A stretch of DNA of 64,000 nucleotides, taken from Eledone cirrhosa. Lineage: Eukaryota. Where the stretch lies: contig OZ024754.1 in the NCBI GenBank assembly GCA_964016885.1, forward strand, positions 4,836,001 to 4,900,000, written 5' to 3'. The notes beneath the pieces were generated by a model, which ran no database searches, was not told the origin of the DNA, and saw only the letters and a program-made list of their open reading frames with translations. The translations under genes were made by a program, and so were the position numbers. This document shows positions 54,339 to 64,000 of the stretch, one piece after another (positions within the stretch are counted from its first letter, which is position 1; each line of letters begins with the position of its first letter).

Positions 54339-54401
54339 TTTTGTCTGATGAGGACGTACTGAAAAAACCAACACAGTACCTTTGAAATATATATAATAAA
54401 G
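54339..54401 (+). ncRNA. Type I minimal hammerhead ribozyme
   Basis: UUUUGU-CUGAUGA-GGACGUACUG..CAGUACCUUU-GAAA-UAUAUA-UA^AUAAAG; relative of 4030. Confidence 0.75.
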
Positions 54402-54575
54402 TATATATTTTGATTATGAGAATATTTTTTATTTTGAATAATAGAAACTCGTGGAAATTTTTTTTTTTTTTTTGAGTGCTTCTAATCTATTGTAAAATTG
54501 TATTCGTTGAGTAATCAACGAACCATACAAATCTTTGGTCATATATATATACACACTCACACACACACACACACA

Positions 54576-54617
<42 letters not shown>

Positions 54618-54728
54618 TAAAAGGAATTCCAACTTTGTCTGATTTACTAGTTGTATTTACAATCCTTTAAAATTATAATGGTATTAGAATGAAATAGTAT
54701 GGTAGAATATTAAATGTTAAGTGTTAAT

Positions 54729-54767
54729 TGAACAAGTACTTTCATGCTTTCGCAATCTTCAGGTTCA
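54729..54767 (-). ncRNA. Type I minimal hammerhead ribozyme (inverted copy)
   Basis: Reverse complement of 54852-54890. Confidence 0.8.
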
Positions 54768-54851
54768 TATTCTGTGGTGACAATCAAGTTTGCAATTTTC
54801 AACTGTGAAAATTGCAAACTTGACTGTCACCACAGAATATGAACCTGAATA

Positions 54852-54890
54852 TGAACCTGAAGATTGCGAAAGCATGAAAGTACTTGTTCA
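54852..54890 (+). ncRNA. Type I minimal hammerhead ribozyme
   Basis: UGAAC-CUGAAGA-UUGC GAAA GCAU-GAAA-GUAC-UU^GUUCA; palindrome AAGUACUU. Confidence 0.8.
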
Positions 54891-55036
54891 ATTAACACTT
54901 AACATTTAATATTCTACCATACTATTTCATTCTAATACCATTATAATTTTAAAGGATTGTAAATACAACTAGTAAATCAGACAAAGTTGGAATTCCTTTT
55001 ATTAATATAATCTTCTATCCACAATCATACACACCC

Positions 55037-55100
<64 letters not shown>

Positions 55101-55504
55101 ATATATATGGATATATACAGTCACACAGATGTTGTCTTTTCAAGCGGAACATTACAGTATTGATGCTATGATACACTATACAGCGATCGATTCCATCTGT
55201 GACCTGTATGGCGACCAGCAAAAGTAATGGGTATTATATTTTGAGAGGAAAGGTGTAGAAAGATAATTTATCCATTGTCCAGTATTGGTCACAGATGTCA
55301 CCAATACGTTGTTAGTAACATTGTCGATGTTTAACAACTGTGGAATAGATTGATGTTTAAATGGTGGGTATATCTTTATATGTTGATAGACTTCCTTCTC
55401 TACAAGGTCACTATGTAACAAATTGTATTTCACACCCAGAGGGATTATAATTTTACATAGTCCATAAGATTTCTGCCACTTTTGTGGACTAGCAAAGTCA
55501 CTAG

Positions 55505-55683
55505 GTAGTATTGGTAGAGGGTCGGGCGCCATGCTTTCTCGCATAGAGTTACGCCCCTTTATGGTCTGAGTTCAAATCCCGCCGAGGTTAACTTTGCCTT
55601 TCATCCTTACGGGGTCGAGAAAATAAAGTACCAGTAATGCACTGGGATAATTGCTGGCCTTGTGCCAACAGTAGAAACAATTA
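55505..55683 (+). mobile_element. tRNA-derived SINE family A
   Basis: Consensus match. Confidence 0.85.
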
Positions 55684-55731
55684 TATATATATTCGACTGC
55701 TTTCAAACCCAGCAGTCGCAAGTTTGGGAGG

Positions 55732-55777
55732 GATCGTCCTGATGAGGACCAGTTAAGTCCGAAATGCATCAACGATT
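55732..55777 (+). ncRNA. Type I minimal hammerhead ribozyme
   Basis: GAUCGUC-CUGAUGA-GGAC CAGUUAA GUCC-GAAA-UGCA-UC^AACGAUU; the first stem I pair is mismatched. Confidence 0.8.
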
Positions 55778-55944
55778 GTCCACCTTGCTTCTGCTGGACA
55801 CCACCAGAGGGCGTTACCCCCGGTGTTTTTTTCCATAGCCACGGCTTTCAGAATGTTTACATGTAAACATACCGTGTTACTTTAGAAATAAGAAATTTCT
55901 ATACATGTCTGTATACAGTTATGCCTGAAGCTAAATCCTAATTC

Positions 55945-55992
<48 letters not shown>

Positions 55993-55997
55993 AAATG

Positions 55998-56032
<35 letters not shown>

Positions 56033-56129
56033 GTATATATGTATATATATATGTATATATATGTATATATATGTATATATATGTATATATATGTATATAT
56101 GTATATATGTATATATATATATATTTATG

Positions 56130-56261
<132 letters not shown>

Positions 56262-56311
56262 CTTTAGTTAGCTCATGTGGCCAATGACGAAAGTATATAT
56301 ATATTTGTATA

Positions 56312-56360
<49 letters not shown>

Positions 56361-57429
56361 GTGTGTGTGCGTGTGTGTGTGTTTCACCAAAGCCCAGATG
56401 GACACATCCGGCCGCAGTTCATTTCCTGTGTCCGTAGCAAGGTTAAGCCCCAGCTACTACTGCTGCTAGTGATGGAGGAAGAGGAGAAGGAGGAGGGGGA
56501 GGTGTAAGAGCAGGAAGAAGCAGTAGAGGAAGTGGAGGGGGAAGATAGTGCTAGTGTCAGGTGACCTACGACCTCCGACCTCTATAATCTGATATCTGGA
56601 AAGATATGGGGTCTTGCTTTCAAATGTTCCTGTAGCAAGGAACTGCGCTTCTCCTTCCAAATTCAGCTACGCTTTGATGGTTTGTTCCAGGTGGGTCGGC
56701 ACACGGTCCATTTCGCTGATAATAACTGGAATAATGCACAATATGTATATTGTTGTTGTTTAAACCTAGGTCATCTTAGATCTGTCAGAGCTATCAACAA
56801 AGGCGTTAAAACCATGACCTTCCTGACTTGTATATTTTTTCAGGATTACATTATTTTATGTTTCCTTCTCTCTTCTTTTTTTTTGTTTTTTTTTTGTTGT
56901 TGTTTTTTTAAATAGAAAAATTAAGTCGTTAGGGTGTCCTATGAGGGAGGTGTGACTGCTACTATCTAGCTGGACGAACGACCACGTGGAGGGTCACTTC
57001 GTTGTCTCTATGCGTTATATACAGGAAATATTTCTCCAATTCCTGTCGACGTACTATAGCCTATTTGTATCGTGGCAGCCCTAAAGATTTTGAAATTCCG
57101 TCTCTCAACCCAGGCCTAGCATATAAGACAAAAAAGTTGAATTTTCAGGTGAAATTATCAGCTACGCAGATACTATTATTTAATTAACTACAATAATTAA
57201 TATAAAGAAATTTTTAGAAATAACAGAAAATATCCAATCAAAATATTTTAATCTTTAATGTGACTTCTGTTCTTGCTTCTTTTCTGCACCCCCCAAGAAC
57301 AGAATACCGCCCCCCTCCTTCCCCATCCTTGGGGTTGCCGACACACCAGTGTTTGGGATCCCAGTGCGTTGTATACTCTTTTACTCTTTTACCTGTTCCG
57401 GCCATGATAGAGCACCGCCCTTGTTGCTA

Positions 57430-57655
57430 CACATTTTATCTCCAACCTGTGATGGCTGGCCATTGGTGTAAGAGGGAGTCCGTTGCGGTTGCGCTTAGGT
57501 TACCTTCGTACCGTGCTGTGGGCTCATCCGGGATCATGGACAGCAGGGTGTCAAGATGTTTCTTGAAAACATCCACGTCCACACCATGCAGATTTCTCAA
57601 ATTTTTTAACAGCTTGTTAAAGAGTTGGGGGCCTGTATCTTGGTTAAATGTCATT
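57430..57655 (-). mobile_element. CR1/L2-group LINE ORF2 C-terminal fragment
   Basis: GPQLFNKLLKNLRNLHGVDVDVFKKHLDTLLSMIPDEP..ATDSLLHQ. Confidence 0.65.
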
Positions 57656-57700
57656 TACCATAGCTTCAAGTCACCCCACGTATCTTATTTCTCATTCTTT

Positions 57701-57734
57701 CTTCTGATGAAGGACTAGCGTCCGAAACGTTAAG
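57701..57734 (+). ncRNA. Type I minimal hammerhead ribozyme
   Basis: CUU-CUGAUGA-A-GGAC UAGC GUCC-GAAA-CG-UU^AAG; island 57681-57820 is homologous to 22640-22797. Confidence 0.75.
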
Positions 57735-57816
57735 TACCTCTTCCTGCTATTTCAAGCTTTAACCTAATATATTCCTTCCATATGCTGTACCGATTGTGTT
57801 GTTATTTCTCTTTACC

Positions 57817-57935
<119 letters not shown>

Positions 57936-58074
57936 GTAACATTTTTGTGTGGCCATTATCTATGTCAAACTGTAAACACCATCTGTGTCATTTGATATCT
58001 TCTGTTCTTATCGGTTCATATTGGTTTTAATATAATTGACTTTTCAAACTCTGTTTCTCATTTCCTTTCTTTGT

Positions 58075-58144
<70 letters not shown>

Positions 58145-58283
58145 CGTCTCTCTCTGTCTCTCTCACGCACACACACACACACACACACACACAGACATCC
58201 ACAAACCCATACACATTCTCTCTCTCAGGTATACTATCTTTCCCTCTCCATATAATATATATCTAATATATCTATCTATCTAC

Positions 58284-58353
<70 letters not shown>

Positions 58354-58602
58354 GATACTGAGACCAGGAAGTCCCTAAATCAAAGAAGTACTCGATTCAG
58401 GGTTTGATGCAGATTGGTGACTTTTACTAATATGTATGTATGCCACTTGGTCTTTTGCTGTTCTATCGATCTAAGGCCACCTGTTCGAGCTGCGATGGGA
58501 AGTAAGTATCGATAAAAATCATACTTAGTAATCTTGTTGAGGACAAGTTGGCTTGGCCACCACTGTGAGGACATGATAGTGTACAAAAGCCGAAAGTGAC
58601 CA

Positions 58603-58838
58603 GTGACTATCGTGGATCCACAACGACGCTTGTGTAGCTCACAGGTCTGGAGGCTGAGCCCCAGGGAAACACTAATAGGTAGACAGTCATTGGCATATGA
58701 TATAAATAAGATGTAAAGTATTCAATGACCATTGTAGATCCACAACGGTGCTTGTGTAGCTCACAGATCTTGAGGCCGAGTTCCAGGGAAGTACTGATGC
58801 TTAAACAGTCATGACTTATGATATAAAGAAAGGTGTAC
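58603..58838. repeat. Diverged ~123-bp tandem duplication
   Basis: gatccacaacg..gcttgtgtagctcacag..ccagggaa..acagtcat..tatgatataaa occurs twice. Confidence 0.75.
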
Positions 58839-59175
58839 AGAAGGTGTAAAATACTGAGTGTGTAAAGAAGTTAAAGATCCACCTGACACCTTGTTATTTC
58901 CTGCTTTAATGTTGATGTTATTTAGAACAACAACAACAGTCTCATGACAACAGCTGTTTCTTTCAAATACTTCACACATTATATTTCTATGATCCCTTAA
59001 TGTCTTCTTCATATTTCAACAGGAATAATATAATTTTTTCTTTAAATATAGCTTTGTTATTACTAAAGTTATACACACACATATATATCTATATATTTAT
59101 ATGTATGCATGTGTATCTGTGTATATATATATATATATATATGAAAAAATGTTATAATCTCTCTCACCTCACACT

Positions 59176-59213
<38 letters not shown>

Positions 59214-59317
59214 CATAGAGATATCCACGGAAAGTTGTAGGGTCTATTCTGCATGAAGAACTCAAAAAGCAGTGAAGTATATCTCTAATGACTTGATTTT
59301 TTATTTCACTGTTTTAA

Positions 59318-59365
<48 letters not shown>

Positions 59366-59401
59366 TATAAGATCAAAAGATGGTTAAAAGAGTACCAAGT
59401 A

Positions 59402-59467
59402 TTTTATTATGCGCATTTCAAAAACAAATATCATCATGGATGATATCTACGTTCTCATCAGATAAAA
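59402..59467 (-). ncRNA. Type I hammerhead ribozyme at the PLE 3' terminus, in sense orientation
   Basis: UUUUAU-CUGAUGA-GAACGUAGAUAUCAUC CAU GAUGAUAUUUGUUUUU-GAAA-UGCGCA-UA^AUAAAA. Confidence 0.85.
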
Positions 59468-60440
59468 TAGGGAGACATGATATGAAGCTTAAAAAAACAC
59501 TTGTGAGCAGTGAAGTTTTAAATCAACATATGAAAAATAAACTAAGATGGATATATGAGATTGGGAAAAATGAGGGGGAGGGGGGGGGGGTAGGAAAGAA
59601 AAATAAAGGATGGTGGGAGAGGAGTATAAGAAGGAAGAATGAGAGAGGAGGAGAAATGAGTGAGAGAGAGAGAGAGAAATAGCCTTTACAACTGAGAAAA
59701 CATTGTCTCACAGAGAGAAATTAAAAAACCATTGGAAGATAATAGATAATTTAAAAAGATTTTGAAATTAAAAGTTAATGAGGTTTATGCATGAAGAAAA
59801 AGGAATTAAGAATAGTATTAAATTAAGGTTTGTATATTGAGAGGTTTAATAATATGTGCGAAAAAAAGAATTTATTAATATGTATTATTAAAATAAAAAT
59901 ATTAATGATATTAAGGATATAATGTGAAAGAAGGAGAAGAATAAATGAATTATGAACTTAGAGGAATTAGTTAGGGTTTAAGTTTGTTTTTATGTATTGT
60001 AATATGTAAACGTAAATAGTAGGTTTAAAACGAGCACGGAAGGAGAGAAGAAAAAAGAAAGTTTAAGGAAGAAAAAATATCTAACGCAAAAAGTATATAT
60101 GTTTACGAAAATTTTCTAATGGTAGTATTATATATAGTTTTAATGGCCAATAATATGAGGGAAAATGGAAAAATGGATAATGCTGTAGTGAGTAATAATA
60201 TGAATTGAGAAGTAGTTGGGAAGTAAAAGTTACAGATTAGAGATTAGAAATTAAAAAAGAAAAAAGGAAGAAAGGAAAAATGATAAAAAGAAGAAAGATA
60301 GGGGATCACAAAGACATAGAATGAGTAAATTGTATTATATAATATATAATACTGAAATAAGGTAGAAAGATGGGTATATTTGTAAAAGATATAAAAGCAT
60401 TTGAGAAAAGAAGATTTTAAACTAATTAGGTATTGAGATA

Positions 60441-61729
60441 TTAGCTGTATACTTTATGGAATGTTCTATGGGATTTATGCAAGCAGAGCGAAAATAAATC
60501 CGTGCGTCTATTTATTATAGAATTGAAATTAGATATAATGGTAAATTTCTCGGCTAGGCAGAGATTACATGTTCTGGATAGGGAAGAATTCAGGTAAGGA
60601 AAGGCGGTGCAAACCTTCCTCCAAGAGATGTTATAGTTACTATTTTTGTCTTTTAAGGACGATATGAGTTCCGAGAGTGCCGTGTTAGTTCTTTTAAGTT
60701 GGTATTTAAAAGACGATTTGTGATTATAAAATCTTGCTTTAAAGGAAGTGGAAGTGGAACCGGAATAGGTAAAAGAATTAGTATCAGTTATAACCTTACA
60801 TTCATACACTAAGTTTTTATCAAGACATTGGTTATTAAGAGGACATTTAGTTCTAACAGGGCAATTACAATTACGATTAGAGAAATGAACAGAGTTATTA
60901 ACAAGTGACCTAATATTATTTATAGAAGGAATTGGATTGGAGAAGTTATTTACGATAGGAACTATAGTTTCCTGATTTAGATTGGTATAATGAACATTCA
61001 ACGAAGTTACGTTTGACGTCGTATTTAAATTTACAGTTAACAATGACGTCGGGATTACTGTTGCTATTATTATGACGCTCAGTGTTGGAAGGATGTAATT
61101 TATTATTTAATATTTTATTGTTGTGTTTAGAGATAATGTTATAGATGTTGGAAGTGGTGGAATAAGAAAATTTGATTGTATGTTTGTTAAAGATTTTACT
61201 ATAGATATGTGAGGGAGGGAAGCATTTATCTAAGGCCCTATGAATAGTTTAGGAATATTATTATTAATAGATAAAGAAAAAGGAGTATTATACCAAATTA
61301 TATTTTTGTATCTAGGTCTTTTATTTAAGTTATTAGAATGTTCATAATTAACTATTTTACTATAAGACCTTCGATGATTGGTTTCTTTACTGTATTTAAT
61401 TTTATCAGGATAACCGGCTTTGGAAAGCGCATTATTATAGTAATTGGCATTAGCGTCGAAGATATCTTTATTAGAGAATAGATTTGAGATTCTTTTTTCA
61501 ATATTACTGACTATAACATTTTTAACGTTAGTGGGGTGGTTAGATTTAAAATTAACATAATTTAGATTCTCATTGTTTTTATGGTAAGGGTAATATAGGC
61601 CAGTGTCAAGATTAAGGGATATATCCAAGAAGTTAGCTAGTTTGACGTTGTTATCAAATTCAATTTTAAGGTTATGGTGCTTAAATAGATCACGTATATT
61701 GTTCTTAATAATATTAAGGTTAACTAAGT

Positions 61730-61730
<1 letters not shown>
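60441..61730 (-). pseudogene. PLE reverse transcriptase C-terminus plus GIY-YIG endonuclease, frameshifted
   Basis: LANFLDISLNLDTGLYYPYHK..YVNFKSNHP..IIWYNTPFS; frameshift near 61232 to DKCFPPSHIYSKIFNKHTIKFSYS; second shift to CNCPVRTKCPLNNQCLDKNLVYECKV..YSGST..FKARFYNH..CNLCLAEK..NRRTDLFSLCLH. Confidence 0.9.
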
Positions 61731-61798
<68 letters not shown>

Positions 61799-62369
61799 TT
61801 GGCAGGGTCGTTAGAATGTGGGATAGAATAATTTGCGGTATTCATTTCGGCTTTCTGCTCTGTGGGTTCAAGTCACGCCGAGTTTAGCTTTGCCTTTCAT
61901 CCTTATGGGGTCGATAAAATAATGTACCAGTAATCGACTTTCCCCTCCCTTCCCAAAAATTGCTGACCTTGTGCCTAAAGTAGAAACAATTATTATTAAT
62001 CTTCTTACGATTTTGAGTGTATATCTGAGAGATGAGTTGTAGAAAATTTCCACTGACATCTGCAGAAACTCCTCTGTTAAATAAACAAAGTAAACGTTAG
62101 CCAAACTTTTGGGATGTTTATCTTATTTCTTAGCCATACACTATGATTATAAACTCCTGTTTCCTCATCAGAACCTAACCATCTTGTACTAGTTAAACCA
62201 CAATTTAATACGGTCAATGTTAAATACGACAAGACGCAGATGTCATTGATATATATAAGCTGAGGGGGGCGGAAAGATATAAAGTCGAAGGTTAAATAGT
62301 TTGCCGACTACGTACTATTACTATTGCGCGTGTCCTTTGTAAAAAAACACCATTAATTCTTGGTATTAC

Positions 62370-62738
62370 ATAACTGGTTCAATCCACTTAGTTTTATAAC
62401 TGGTTCAATCCAGTTAGTTTTATAACTAGTTTAATCCAGTTGAGTTTATAACTGGTTCAATCCAGTTAGGTTTATAACTGGTTCAATCCAGTTAGTTTTA
62501 TAACTGGTTCAATCCAGTTAGGTTTATAACTGGTTCAATCCAGTTAGTTTTATAACTGGTTCAATCTAGTTAAGTTTATAATTGGTTCAATCTTGTTAAG
62601 TTTATAATTGGTTCAATCTAGTTAAGTTTATAATTGGTTCAATCCAGTTAAGTTTATAACTGGTTCAATCCAGTTAGGTTTATAATTGGTTCAATCTAGT
62701 TAAGTTTATAACTGGTTCAATCCAGTTAGTTTTATAAT
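62370..62738. repeat. 26-bp minisatellite with internal inverted repeat, about 14 copies
   Basis: Unit tataactggttcaatccagttagttt; TAACTGG/CCAGTTA. Confidence 0.9.
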
Positions 62739-62920
62739 TGTTTCTACTTTTGACACAAGGACAGCAATTATCCCAGTGTATTACTGGTGCTTTATTTTAT
62801 CGACCCCGTAAGGATGAAAGGCAAAGTTAACCTCGGCGGGATTTGAACTCAGAATGTAAAGGGCCACAACTCTATGCTGCAAAGCATGGCGTTCGACCTT
62901 CTACCGATACTGCCAATCCA
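62735..62920 (-). mobile_element. tRNA-derived SINE family A
   Basis: Consensus match; a diverged copy lies at 61795-61992 (+). Confidence 0.85.
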
Positions 62921-63731
62921 ATGCCAGTTAGTTTTCTAATTGACGAATAAGTTGAGCTTAATAGAGTAGATCTATGAACAAAGACGTGCCAACGGTGACC
63001 ATCCTGTCTTGCTGTTGCAACTCTTGGCTGTTCATCACAAATCACAAGAGTGTTAATACTACAAAACAAACAAAACAAAACAAAGCAAACAAAACACAAA
63101 ACAATTATAAATAAATGAATCTTTTAAAAAATGACAAAGAATCACGAGAATTTCGAAATTTTATTTTTTCACAATTTTATTAATACGAAAAAAAGTTTGG
63201 AATATTTACATATATGATAATATATTTCATAACACTTACTTACCTTCAGTAACGCAATTAATTTCGGATCAAAAATATTTAGGCTAATGCCTGACACTGT
63301 TGATTATTTAATCTTCATCGGGTTGGAACCATTTAGAACGAGGTGGAGCATAACATGACAACTTACAGGTCATCGGATCCGAACTCTGGTCTCTTTGATC
63401 TCCGGACTGCCGTTTTCTTCTGGAAAATTTTGAAAGTGTGCTTCCCGCCTGAGGATGAAGCCAGTGAAGGAGGAGGAGTGGAGGATGCAGCGGGTATCGC
63501 TGGCTTATCCTCCACAGCGGCAATGATGCATTCGTCAGCTTGTCTTTGGGTCGCAGCTGAGATATATCACCTAGACAGGGCTATAGAGTTTGCCCCTCTC
63601 CCCTTTGTTTTTCATTATTCAATTCTTTTTTTTTCTAGTTTATTATGCGAAACTTTTATATAGAATAAATAAAATGTAAAAAAAAAAATCCCTGTTTCTT
63701 GTTACAAGTAAAATAATAATAATAATAATAA

Positions 63732-63948
63732 TGGTTTCTTATATAGGCACAAGGCCAGCAATTCTAGGGGAGGGGAAAGTCCATTAAATCAGCCCCAGTG
63801 CGTGACTGGTACTTTATTTTATCGACGCTGTAAGGATCAAAGGCAAAGTTAATCTCGGCGGGATTTGAATTCAGACCGTAAAGGGCCGTAACTTTATGCT
63901 GCAAAGCATGGCGTCCGACCCTCTACTGATACTGCCAATCCACCGCCC
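63732..63948 (-). mobile_element. tRNA-derived SINE family A, long variant
   Basis: Full head to tail with an extra ggggaggggaaagtc..ttaaatc segment; another copy begins near 63975. Confidence 0.85.
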
Positions 63949-64000
63949 TTTGTTACAAGTAAAATAATGAATTCTAGTATAGGCACAAGGCCAGTAATTT

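Larger units (their letters stand above)
54610..55007. mobile_element. ~190-bp-arm fold-back carrying two hammerheads
   Basis: Apex ..tttgcaattttca actg tgaaaattgcaaa..; 12-bp duplication in the right arm; next to (TA)n. Confidence 0.9.
59365..61732 (-). mobile_element. 5'-truncated Penelope-like retroelement (Neptune-like) inserted in (TA)n
   Basis: RT C-terminus, Cys-rich linker and GIY-YIG endonuclease, long pyrimidine-rich 3' region, terminal HHR; (TA)n on both sides. Confidence 0.9.

Noticed and set aside
55100-55500. 122-aa ORF or possible decayed LINE fragment
   Set aside because: Begins inside a SINE and has no convincing domain.
56555-56700. Possible plus-strand exon ending cag|gtgggt
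   Set aside because: No clear acceptor site and no recognisable protein similarity.
62150-62176. CUGAUGA on the minus strand
   Set aside because: No stem II between CUGAUGA and GAAA, and no matching stem I.
62370-62738. Palindromic 26-bp repeat as a CRISPR array
   Set aside because: No spacers between units.

Overview
Eukaryotic, AT-rich, repeat-dominated DNA. The extreme (TA)n/(CA)n/(GA)n microsatellite load and the tRNA-derived SINEs suggest an invertebrate, probably an octopus or other cephalopod (inference). Nearly all ORFs in the track are microsatellite translation artefacts, and no intact host gene can be supported. The window contains about 30 copies or fragments of two tRNA-derived SINE families, degraded LINE 3' ends, Tc1/mariner and hAT MITEs, a Helitron-like remnant, many minisatellites, and one 5'-truncated, frameshifted Penelope-like retroelement (PLE; RT C-terminus plus GIY-YIG endonuclease, 59365-61732, minus strand). 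The main hidden signal, read by eye, is about 27 type I hammerhead ribozyme (HHR) motifs from roughly a dozen sequence families. Most lie in short islands beside or between (TA)n tracts, many have a palindromic helix III, several are followed by AATAAA, and many are duplicated in fold-back inverted repeats. One sits in the PLE's 3' terminus, which ties the islands to PLE terminal repeats. Two families carry recurrent non-consensus cores (CCGANGA, and UUGACAA with a U3-A8 pair). A further family has a covarying, pseudoknot-like RNA fold that I cannot assign.
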